From Candidatus Eiseniibacteriota bacterium (GTDB taxonomy: Bacteria > Eisenbacteria > RBG-16-71-46 > SZUA-252): 64,000 bases of DNA. The stretch spans positions 69,387 to 133,386 of the forward strand of contig VBOW01000013.1 in assembly GCA_005893275.1 (NCBI GenBank), written 5' to 3'. How positions within the stretch are numbered: position 1 is the first letter of the stretch; every line of letters starts with the position of its first letter. Made by a program: the position numbers and the translations under genes. The notes beneath the pieces are model-generated. The model saw only the letters and a list, made by a program, of their open reading frames with translations, was not told the origin of the DNA and ran no database searches. Below, one piece after another: positions 8,793-16,819 of this stretch.

Positions 8793-9923
8793 ATGTCGAG
8801 GGCGCTGGTCACCGGCGGCGCTGGATTCATCGGTTCCCATGTGGTCGACGCGCTGCTCGCGCGCGGCATCGAGGTCCGGATCCTCGATCTCCTGACGCCT
8901 CCGGTCCACAACGGCCGTGTCCCCGAGTACGTTCCCGCCGATGCGGAATTCATCCGCGCCGACGTTCGCGATCCGGAATGCATGCGGAGAGCGCTCCGAG
9001 GAGTGCAGTACGTGTTTCACATGGCGGCGTATCAGGACTACCTCCCCGATTTCAGCACGTTCTTCACGACGAACGCGGCCTCCACGGCTCTCCTCTACGA
9101 GCTGATCGTTTCCGAGTCTCGAAACGTGGACTTGGTCGTGGTCGCTTCCTCCCAGGCGGTCTACGGCGAGGGTCGGCACCGATGCGCTGGCGATGGGGAC
9201 GTCTATCCCGGTCCGCGCTCTGAAGAGCAGCTAACACATGGCGAATGGGATCACGCGTGTCCGCGGTGCAGACGTCCGCTGGAGGTCGCATGGACGGACG
9301 AAACAGTGATGAACCCGCATAATCCGTACGGTCTATCCAAGCGGGATCAGGACGAAATCGCCGTGAAGCTCGGTGCGCGCTACAAGATCCCCAGCGTCGC
9401 ATTCCGGTACTCGATCGTTCAAGGACCGCGGCAATCCTTCCGGAACGCGTACTCAGGGGCCCTGCGCAATTTCACCGCGCAGCTCGGCTCCGGGATTCAG
9501 CCGGTAATTTACGAGGACGGGAATCAGCTGCGGGACTACGTCGGCATCCGCGACGTCGTTCGCGCGACGCTCCTCCCCCTGGAGAGGGCAGGAATGCACG
9601 GCGGCTCCTTCAATGTCGGGGGAGATCGCTCGATTTCGGTGCTCGACCTGGCGAAGCTGGTCGGGCATGCCGCCGGCATGGACTGCGAACCGCGAATCAC
9701 TGGCCTCTATCGAGTGGGGGACACGAGGCACATCCGCTCCGACATTTCCCGGCTCAAGAGCCACGGGTGGGCGCCTGCCGAGAGCCTCGCGGATGTAGTG
9801 CGGGGATATGTCGCCTGGGCCACCGCGCATCCGGAGTTTCACAACGCCGCCGCCGCGGCCCAGGAAAGGATGAGGAGCTTGGGGGTCCTGAGGGAGGCGA
9901 CGACTCCCCTCAGCTCGAAGTGA
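8793..9923 (+). CDS. NAD-dependent epimerase/dehydratase (extended SDR) with Cys/His-rich insertion
   Basis: GxxGxxG ALVTGGAGFIGSH, catalytic SS...YGLSK. About 40 aa are inserted (RHRCAGDG...HACPRCRR) between the Ser and the YxxxK. Confidence 0.8.
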   Translation: MSRALVTGGAGFIGSHVVDALLARGIEVRILDLLTPPVHNGRVPEYVPADAEFIRADVRDPECMRRALRGVQYVFHMAAYQDYLPDFSTFFTTNAASTALLYELIVSESRNVDLVVVASSQAVYGEGRHRCAGDGDVYPGPRSEEQLTHGEWDHACPRCRRPLEVAWTDETVMNPHNPYGLSKRDQDEIAVKLGARYKIPSVAFRYSIVQGPRQSFRNAYSGALRNFTAQLGSGIQPVIYEDGNQLRDYVGIRDVVRATLLPLERAGMHGGSFNVGGDRSISVLDLAKLVGHAAGMDCEPRITGLYRVGDTRHIRSDISRLKSHGWAPAESLADVVRGYVAWATAHPEFHNAAAAAQERMRSLGVLREATTPLSSK

Positions 9924-9932
9924 ACCTGAACG

Positions 9933-11543
9933 CTACCACCGGGCCTGTACGTCGATCGAGCCGGTGACGTGTTGGCGGTCGGCTCCTGGAGCATGCTCGG
10001 CGTTGCTTATGTCCGAGTATCCGACACGCCCCTCCAGGGACAGGCCGGCCGATGGCCGAAATGCTATCCCCGCGCTGGCGCTCCACGTGCGCTCGACGAC
10101 GCCCGAAAGAGGCACGTTGTCGACCTTTCCCAAAGCGGGATCCCAAGGCTGCCCGATCGACCCCTCCCCCTTTCGAACGCGCGCTGCGTGAATCGTCGCA
10201 GTCCAGGGCACACTCCAATCCAACCGAGCTTCCGTCCACGCCTGCTCGGCATCCGGCCCGAGCACATACCCGAGTGGGCGTCCCGCGAACTCGAAGTCGT
10301 GGCCGTGCCAGACCGTGTACACGAAGTCGTAGATCCGCGTGTACTCCGCCCGGACGGACGCGATCCGGTGGCCATTCAGAGCCCGCGCCGCGTGGAGACC
10401 GGTTTGCCATCCGATCTGCTTGGGCTTGAACGTCGACGCTATCGAGTAATCGTCGAGTAGGAACTCACCGTACCAGCGGAAACCGCGCGTCACGCTCCAG
10501 CTGAAGTCAACCGACGCCATGACGTTGTTCTTCTTGAATTTGTTCGTCGTATCCGTGGCTGCCGTGAACGCGTCCACGCGCTTTTCGATGAAGGTGTATG
10601 GGAAGGCGGGGATGAGATAATAGAAAAGTTGATCGGTGCCGTCGAAGCGCGCCTCCTCGGCCACTCCGAGCTCCAAGCCTTCACCGAGTCGGATACTCAT
10701 ACGGGACGCGGCATAGTAGAGCTGCTCGACAGGGTCCAGACTCGAGACGAACCAGGAGATTTCCAGGCCGCGCAAGATGCCGATGTCGAACCCGAGCCGG
10801 TCGAGCGCCGGCGCGGCATCCGAAACGCCCAGCGTCCCGGTGGCGCCTGGTCCCCATCGGACCCAGGAGTGGGCGAGCGTCGCACGTATGCGATGCGGCG
10901 CGTCGGCGCCTTCCAGCGCGAGGTAGGCGCGGTCGAGCCAGGCGTTGAAATCCACTCCCTCGGCGATCGCGAACTTGGTTCCGAAGTTGGGTGTGCCGTG
11001 GCCTCCTTGCGAGGCGGTACCGGCATACATATCGCCGAAGATCAACAAGCGGGTGGCCGCGCGCGCGCTCGCCTGAGCTCCGAGTCGATAGTCGCGATTC
11101 ACGGTGGGCCGGCGGGACGGGTCCTCCTGGTAGAGCGCCACCGCGTAGGGTGATACCTCGAGCCGACGATCCTCATCGTTCAACGTCCACCCTGGGGGCC
11201 TGGCCCCTGGGGCATTCGGAGATACTTCGCGCTCGATGCGCAAGAAAGAAGGGTCTCCTTCGGCGCCGCCCTTGCGCAGCCGTAAATCGCTCAGGTACTC
11301 GAGCGCTTCCCCGCGAGTCCACGGCCGCCGGCTGACGAAAAACCCTGGCGCTCCGAAGCGGAGCGCCAAGGACTCGAGGTCGGAGTAGATCGGGCTTTCG
11401 ACGGGGATTTCCTCAAGCGGGTCGTATACGGCGAGTGCGGGCCGTGGGATGGAGCAAAGCGCCCAAACGGAGCACGCCAGCGCGGCGATGGGGACGAGCA
11501 CTCGCTCCCGGTGCCACCGCGCCTTCCCTGAAGGTGGCCGCAT
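9933..11543 (-). CDS. Capsule-assembly Wzi-like outer-membrane protein (paralog 1)
   Basis: Signal peptide, then an N-terminal helical segment (PIYSDLESLALRFGAPG...RGEALEYL), then a long beta-rich region. Clearly paralogous in layout to 20519..22084. The family call is by eye. Confidence 0.5.
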   Translation of the reverse strand: MRPPSGKARWHRERVLVPIAALACSVWALCSIPRPALAVYDPLEEIPVESPIYSDLESLALRFGAPGFFVSRRPWTRGEALEYLSDLRLRKGGAEGDPSFLRIEREVSPNAPGARPPGWTLNDEDRRLEVSPYAVALYQEDPSRRPTVNRDYRLGAQASARAATRLLIFGDMYAGTASQGGHGTPNFGTKFAIAEGVDFNAWLDRAYLALEGADAPHRIRATLAHSWVRWGPGATGTLGVSDAAPALDRLGFDIGILRGLEISWFVSSLDPVEQLYYAASRMSIRLGEGLELGVAEEARFDGTDQLFYYLIPAFPYTFIEKRVDAFTAATDTTNKFKKNNVMASVDFSWSVTRGFRWYGEFLLDDYSIASTFKPKQIGWQTGLHAARALNGHRIASVRAEYTRIYDFVYTVWHGHDFEFAGRPLGYVLGPDAEQAWTEARLDWSVPWTATIHAARVRKGEGSIGQPWDPALGKVDNVPLSGVVERTWSASAGIAFRPSAGLSLEGRVGYSDISNAEHAPGADRQHVTGSIDVQARW

Positions 11544-11619
11544 TGTGGGCGAGAATAGGGCGGGACTCCGGCCGCGTCCACAATTGCCTCGCGCGACGCG
11601 CCGCCCCGGTCCTCCGCCC

Positions 11620-12438
11620 CTAGTTCATCACCGCCTGCATGCGATCGCGAAGGTCGACCAGCCTGGGCCGCTCCGCATCGAGCATGTCGCCCGTCTTGGG
11701 CGTTTGGCCGCCGTGCGCGACCTCGCAGCGGGACCCCGGCCTCACCCGGGTCATCGCGCCCCGATGGGGACCGACATGGGCGGTTCCTTCGAGCACACAG
11801 ACGCACGTGCCCGCAGGCTGGGCGATCACGGCAAGGGTGGTGCTCGTCACGCGGACCGTGGCGTCGGGTGTCGTGATCGCGAGGCGCGCGCCGTGGAAGC
11901 GCCTCCCGGTGGTGACGCGCAGCAGTCCGCCTGCCACATTGGCCCGGGCGCCTCGACCGAACCAGCGTCCGGGGGGCGGCGGGAGGACCATCTCGGTTCC
12001 GGGGGAGAGCTGCATCGCGAGGACCCCGGAGCTGACCAGATCCAGCTCCTTGGTGCTCTCGAGTCGAATTCGGGAGCCCGGCCTGATCCGACGCGTCAGC
12101 TCGGCCGTCTCGCGAACCGGGATCGAGAGGCCGTTCACGACGACGTTACCGGAGCCTCCGCTCGGGAGCGCGGTCCAGCGCGGCGGCTGGTTGAGCGCCG
12201 CGACGAGGAACGCGACCGCCGCGGCGGCCGAAAGTCCGGAGGCCCAACCAAGGATGGGACGCCGCCGGTGAGGCGAGATCGCCACGCCACGGGGGCGGTC
12301 GCCTACGCTGCCGGAGACGAAATCCCTCTTGAGGCGCTCGCGAAAGGAAGGCTCCGCGCGCGGAGGGGTCAGGCCGCGGATTCTTCCCAAGACCTCGGGC
12401 TCTCCGTCCCCTGAGTTTTCAGCTTCGCGATCGATCAC
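11620..12438 (-). CDS. FecR-domain anti-sigma factor (single TM)
   Basis: 4-nt overlap with the upstream ECF sigma gene. Central TM ILGWASGLSAAAAVAFLVAAL; C-terminal FecR-like beta region. Confidence 0.6.
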   Translation of the reverse strand: MIDREAENSGDGEPEVLGRIRGLTPPRAEPSFRERLKRDFVSGSVGDRPRGVAISPHRRRPILGWASGLSAAAAVAFLVAALNQPPRWTALPSGGSGNVVVNGLSIPVRETAELTRRIRPGSRIRLESTKELDLVSSGVLAMQLSPGTEMVLPPPPGRWFGRGARANVAGGLLRVTTGRRFHGARLAITTPDATVRVTSTTLAVIAQPAGTCVCVLEGTAHVGPHRGAMTRVRPGSRCEVAHGGQTPKTGDMLDAERPRLVDLRDRMQAVMN

Positions 12439-13031
12439 TTGATCGTGCTCTCCAGCAGCTTTCCCAGCTCCGCCAAGGCGCGGGAGTAGCGCTTGCGCGC
12501 GGCAACCGGGGTCGTACCTGTCACCGATGCGATCTCCTCGTAGCTGAACCCTTGATACTCGCGCAATACCACGGCGGCCCGGAGCGATTCCGGTAATCTG
12601 CCGATCGCATCCTGCACGAGCTTCTCGCGCTCCGCGGCGATCAGCTCGCCTTCGGGGTCCTCCCGATTCGAGGGAATGGCTCCGTCCCCGTGGTCCGGAT
12701 CATCGATCGATATCGATTGCCGCGAGAGCCGGTACGCGCCCGATCTCCACAGGTCGCGGCATACGTTGTAAGCGATCGTCGTGACCCACGCCCCGGGATC
12801 GCGATCCGGATCCAGGGTATGAGCCGCTCGGTGGAGCTTGAGAAAGACCTCCTGGGTCGCGTCCTCTGCCCAGTGCCTGTCGCCGAGCAATCGGTACACA
12901 AGGCCGTAGACGTGATCGAAATGCTGCTCGAAGAACGCGGCAAGCGCTTGCGGCTCACGCCGTCGGACCGCCTCTAATACCACTACGGACGGGGCCGCCG
13001 TCTGTGTCCGATCGCGAATGCTGCTTGTCAC
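12435..13031 (-). CDS. RNA polymerase ECF-type sigma-70 factor
   Basis: Region 2 HVYGLVYRLLGDRHWAEDATQEVFLKLHRA. Region 4 REYQGFSYEEIASVTGTTPVAARKRYSRALAEL. GTG start with GGAG upstream. Confidence 0.85.
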   Translation of the reverse strand: MTSSIRDRTQTAAPSVVVLEAVRRREPQALAAFFEQHFDHVYGLVYRLLGDRHWAEDATQEVFLKLHRAAHTLDPDRDPGAWVTTIAYNVCRDLWRSGAYRLSRQSISIDDPDHGDGAIPSNREDPEGELIAAEREKLVQDAIGRLPESLRAAVVLREYQGFSYEEIASVTGTTPVAARKRYSRALAELGKLLESTIK

Positions 13032-13051
13032 GCGCGCTCCATGGGCGCGTA

Positions 13052-13057
13052 ATTATA
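13052..13057 (-). promoter_or_regulatory. Consensus -10 hexamer (TATAAT) upstream of the ECF sigma gene
   Basis: Exact TATAAT on the minus strand, 21-26 nt upstream of the GTG start, in an otherwise GC-rich divergent intergenic region. No convincing -35. Confidence 0.25.
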
Positions 13058-13144
13058 CGTGGGAGCCGGTGCCCGAGGGGTCAGGGCTGATCGTAGGCGA
13101 AGCATGCCTGTCGGCCGGCTCGCCATCTCACGGAGGGTTCCGCC

Positions 13145-13720
13145 ATGGTCGCACTCGCCATCAGCTGGCTCAAGGACGCGGACCAAGCACTGCAAGCCGC
13201 GAAGACTCAATCGAAACCGGCCCTCCTCGATTTCAGCGCCGCGCCCCTCTGAGGTGGTTGCGCTCGGCTGGAAGCCGAGGTCTATCCGAACGAGCGGGTC
13301 GTAAACCTGATCAGCTCCGAATTCATCCCCGCCAAGATTCACATCAAAGAGCAACCCCAGGTCTTCAAGCGCTTCGGAGCCCTGTGGACCCCAACCCAGC
13401 TCATCATGAGCCCGGATGGGGTCGAAAGCCATAGGATCGAGGGTTTCCTGCCCGCGGAGGACTTACTCGCCCAGCTCGAGCTGGGGCTCGGGAAAGTATG
13501 GTTCAAGCAGGAGAAGTACGCCGTGGCGGAGAAGCACTTCCGGGCGGCCGCCCAAGAGTATCCTTCAACCGAAGCCGCCCCGGAAGCTGTCTATTGGGCC
13601 GGGGTCTCAGCCTATAAAGCATCGAACGATCCCAAGAAACTGAAGGAGACGCATCAGCTCTTGCAAAGCAGGTATCCCTCGAGCCAGTGGACCCGCAAGG
13701 CGATGGTCTGGGCGGGTTAG
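13145..13720 (+). CDS. Thioredoxin-fold (Thioredoxin_7-like) protein with in-frame TGA at the first Cys of CxxC; candidate selenoprotein (Sec at 13250-13252)
   Basis: ATG 13145 with GGAGGG 7 nt upstream. The frame is continuous with track ORF 13406..13720 apart from one TGA. Translation ...KPALLDFSAAPL-U-GGCARLEAEVYPNERVV...FGALWTPTQLIMSPDGVE... matches the Trx-fold layout. A hairpin follows the TGA. Confidence 0.6.
13263..13279 (+). promoter_or_regulatory. Candidate bacterial SECIS hairpin
   Basis: Perfect 6-bp stem CTCGGC / GCCGAG with apical loop TGGAA. It starts 10 nt after TGA 13250-13252. Confidence 0.4.
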
Positions 13721-14688
13721 GCCCGCTCCGCGCCGGAACCTAGCTCCAGCACCTCACGCCATTCGCTTTTCCTGACGCGCGCGGCCCGCGAGATCTTCCG
13801 GATCGCGATCCGCGCGCCCAGGCTGAGCTCCCCGTCGCGCGAGGGAATCGTCCGCGCATAGCGTCGCATGTGGCGGAGCAGGACCGCGGCGTCCTGTCGC
13901 GCGCCCAGCATATTCTGGAGCCTTCCCAAGTGCTTCGCGCGGCGCCGGGCGCCCGGACCCTCCAGCTCCACGAAGTATTCCACGGCATAGCGGGCACCCT
14001 TGATCGCGATCCGCAGCGCATGGACGTTTTCCGCCGTGGTCTTCCGCTTCGCCTCATCGCAGGCTTCGAGCATTCGCCGATCCCACACCGCCACGACCCT
14101 GGGCCCCGCGATGTAGGCGGGCGCCCTCGCGGCCCGCGTGTCCGGGGTCACCCGCCGCAACTCGATCCACGGTTGCGCGTGTCTTCGGAATCTCGAGAAC
14201 CTCGGTGAGTCGAGCCTCTCGAGCAGGGTCACACGTTTGCGCGCGCGCTTGATCTCGAGCAGACTCGTGAAAACGAAGAGCGCCGCCCGCTCCGGCTCCG
14301 GGGCATCTGCCGCCATCCGTCTCACCCGATCCAGCTCGACATCGCAATCGCGAACGCTTCCGAGCGCCCGTCCGATCCATCGAAGCTCCTGGCGCCATTC
14401 CTGTCGAGTTTCTCGGGGAATTGCCGCGGCGAAGACCCGGAGCGCCGTCCTGAGCCGCCGCGTCGCGACGCGCATGTCGTGGACGTGCTCGGGATTGACT
14501 CCGAGCCGCGCCCCGGCCTCATGCCAGAACAGGCGTGCGAGCTGCCGGCCGATGCTCTTCAACGCCACGTCGGCCAAACGGTCGCCCTGGTAAAGAGAGA
14601 ACGCGCTCTCATCGAGCCGGGGAGCGCGCTCAAGCGCCCCGCCGGGCTCCAGGCGGAGACGGGCGCGCTCGATCGCGGCGGGCCTCAC
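13717..14688 (-). CDS. CHAD domain protein (polyphosphate-granule associated family)
   Basis: HDMRVATRRLRTALRVF and the repeated helical CHAD pattern (HALRIAIKGARYAVEYF). GTG 14688 overlaps the sixA stop (GTGA); ATG 14730 is an alternative start. Confidence 0.75.
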   Translation of the reverse strand: MRPAAIERARLRLEPGGALERAPRLDESAFSLYQGDRLADVALKSIGRQLARLFWHEAGARLGVNPEHVHDMRVATRRLRTALRVFAAAIPRETRQEWRQELRWIGRALGSVRDCDVELDRVRRMAADAPEPERAALFVFTSLLEIKRARKRVTLLERLDSPRFSRFRRHAQPWIELRRVTPDTRAARAPAYIAGPRVVAVWDRRMLEACDEAKRKTTAENVHALRIAIKGARYAVEYFVELEGPGARRRAKHLGRLQNMLGARQDAAVLLRHMRRYARTIPSRDGELSLGARIAIRKISRAARVRKSEWREVLELGSGAERA

Positions 14689-15191
14689 GTGGCGGCGATT
14701 TCGCGGAGCGCTCCGGGCTGGATCAGCCATTCCAACGTTCCGCGGCCCGGCCCCGGAGAGTCGGGGAAGCTCACGAGCGCGGCCCCGCCTTTCTTGTAGA
14801 CCAGCCCTGCCTGGCATTTCTCGCCGACCAGGAGATAGGAGGTGAATCCGCTCAAATGCGGCTCGTGCCCGACGAGCGCCGCGCACTCCGCGCGGAGCCC
14901 CTGGACGTAGGCGAGAAGGCGGCCGAAATCACCGCCCGGCACCAAATCCTCGCAGAGATCAATCTTCGTCCTGGGGGCGACGGCGTCGCGCAGGATCTCG
15001 GCGGTCTGCCGGGCACGGATGAGGGGGCTCGACACGATGCGAACGGGCTTCGGCGCGAATTCCTTGAGCCCGCGCGCCGCCAGGCGGAATTTGTGCATTC
15101 CCTCGGGGGTGAGCGGACGGTCCTCGTCGCGCTTGAAGGCGGGATCGCCGTGCTCGACGGCGATGGCATGGCGTACGATGAGCAGTTCCAT
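14685..15191 (-). CDS. sixA: Phosphohistidine phosphatase SixA
   Basis: MELLIVRHAIAVEHG...RPLTPEGMHKFRLAARGL...IVSSPLIRARQTAEIL...LVGHEPHL, about 168 aa. Confidence 0.8.
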   Translation of the reverse strand: MELLIVRHAIAVEHGDPAFKRDEDRPLTPEGMHKFRLAARGLKEFAPKPVRIVSSPLIRARQTAEILRDAVAPRTKIDLCEDLVPGGDFGRLLAYVQGLRAECAALVGHEPHLSGFTSYLLVGEKCQAGLVYKKGGAALVSFPDSPGPGRGTLEWLIQPGALREIAAT

Positions 15192-15241
15192 TGCGACCTC
15201 CAGTTCTACGGAAACTCTAGCATATGACGTAAGATAGGAGC

Positions 15242-16819
15242 ATGCCGACTTCCAAGACCCGGGCCTTCCCGATCCGCTGCGCCGGCATGGATGTCGGAAG
15301 CAACGCGCTGCGCCTCGCCATCGCCGAATTCAAGAGCCCGACCCGGTACAAGATCCTCGAAAGAAGGCGGGTACCGGTGCGGCTGGGGGAATCCGTGTTC
15401 CAAACGGGGCGGATCGCGCCGGAAACCCTCGAGGCGGCCCTCGGAGCGTTCCGGGACTTTCGGCGCCGCATGGAGGACAACGGCGTCGTGCTCCACCGCG
15501 CGGTCGCGACCAGCGCGACCCGCGAAGCGAAGAACCGCGCGGCGTTCCTGGAGCGCGTGCACAGCCAGACGGGGATCGATCTGGACTTGATCCCGGGAAC
15601 GGAGGAGGCGCGCCTGGTCGCGCTCGGTGTCCGCGCCAAGCTATCCCTCGCGCGAGGGACCTCGCTCATACTGGACGTGGGTGGCGGGTCGAGCGAGCTG
15701 GCCCTCGTGGAGCGCGGCCAGATCCTCCTCGTGGAATCGCACGACCTGGGTTCGGTGCGATTGCTGGAACGGGTGGGGAATGCCCAGGGCGCTCGCTTCC
15801 TTCGCTTCTTGCGCGAGACGATCCACGCATCCCGATTTCCCCTTCTGGACTCGCTGCGCGGGAGCGCCGTGTCCAAGCTCATCGGAACCGGGGGAAATAT
15901 CGAGGCGCTCGCCTCCCTGAGCGCGAACGGTCCGGGCCGGGCCGGGGGTCGGGGCGCTTCCCGCGATTCGGGCGAGCGAAGGCCTGTGCCGCTTTCCCTC
16001 GGGCGCCTGAGAGCGCTCCTCGCCGCCCTGGCGGAGCTCAACGCCGAGGAGCGGGCTCGGAAATTCGATCTTCGGCCCGACCGCGCCGACGTGATCGTGC
16101 CGGCGGGCGCCATCTTCGAGTTCGTCGCGACCCGCACGAGGGCTCGAGAGGTCATCGTGCCGTTCACGGGGTTGGTCGACGGGGTCCTTCTCGATTTGGC
16201 CCGGGAAGCCGGAGCGTCGGGAAAAAAGGAGCTCGAGACCTCGCAGACCCTGAACGCCGCGCAGGCCGTCATGCGCAAGTACGGGTCCGATGCCAGGCAT
16301 CCCCGCCATGTGGCCGGCCTGGCGGTGTCGCTCTTCGATCAGCTCAAACCAAACCACGAGCTGGGCAGGCGCGACCGCCTCCTGCTCGAGATCGCGGGGC
16401 TTCTCCACGAAATCGGCAACTTCATCTCGGCGTCGGGGCACCACCGGCACGCGTACTATATCATCTCCGAAACGCCGATCCTGGGCCTGAGCGACGAGGA
16501 GCTTCACATCGTGGCGTGTGTCGCGCGGTACCACCGCAAGGCGCCTCCGGACATGAGCCACCCATGCTTCGCGGAGCTTTCGGAGCGTGCCCGCGAGCGG
16601 GTTCGCGCGTTGGCCGCGATCCTGCGATTGGCGGACGCGTTGGACCACGACCATCGTCAGCGAATCGTGGCCATCACCGCGACCAAGCACGGCTCGGAGC
16701 TGATGCTCCAGGCGCGCACGCGAGGGGACGTGACACTCGATGAATGGTCGGTCGGTCAGAAGGGGGACCTTTTCAAGGAGGAGTTCGGCCTGGAGCCCGT
16801 GCTGATGACGCATGGTTGA
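15242..16819 (+). CDS. ppx: Ppx/GppA-family exopolyphosphatase with C-terminal HD-like domain (copy 1)
   Basis: GMDVGSNALRLAIAE, ATSATREAKN, DVGGGSSEL. C-terminal LLHEIGNFISASGHHRHAYYII...ARYHRK. Confidence 0.85.
   Translation: MPTSKTRAFPIRCAGMDVGSNALRLAIAEFKSPTRYKILERRRVPVRLGESVFQTGRIAPETLEAALGAFRDFRRRMEDNGVVLHRAVATSATREAKNRAAFLERVHSQTGIDLDLIPGTEEARLVALGVRAKLSLARGTSLILDVGGGSSELALVERGQILLVESHDLGSVRLLERVGNAQGARFLRFLRETIHASRFPLLDSLRGSAVSKLIGTGGNIEALASLSANGPGRAGGRGASRDSGERRPVPLSLGRLRALLAALAELNAEERARKFDLRPDRADVIVPAGAIFEFVATRTRAREVIVPFTGLVDGVLLDLAREAGASGKKELETSQTLNAAQAVMRKYGSDARHPRHVAGLAVSLFDQLKPNHELGRRDRLLLEIAGLLHEIGNFISASGHHRHAYYIISETPILGLSDEELHIVACVARYHRKAPPDMSHPCFAELSERARERVRALAAILRLADALDHDHRQRIVAITATKHGSELMLQARTRGDVTLDEWSVGQKGDLFKEEFGLEPVLMTHG

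Noticed and set aside
13250-13252. Alternative reading of the TGA as a simple nonsense mutation (pseudogene), or of the gene as starting at ATG 13406.
   Set aside because: Not fully excluded, but judged less likely. The upstream 35 codons keep strong GC3 bias and an RBS. The stop coincides exactly with the redox Cys position, and a hairpin follows. A start at 13406 would leave only the helical tail, without the Trx fold.
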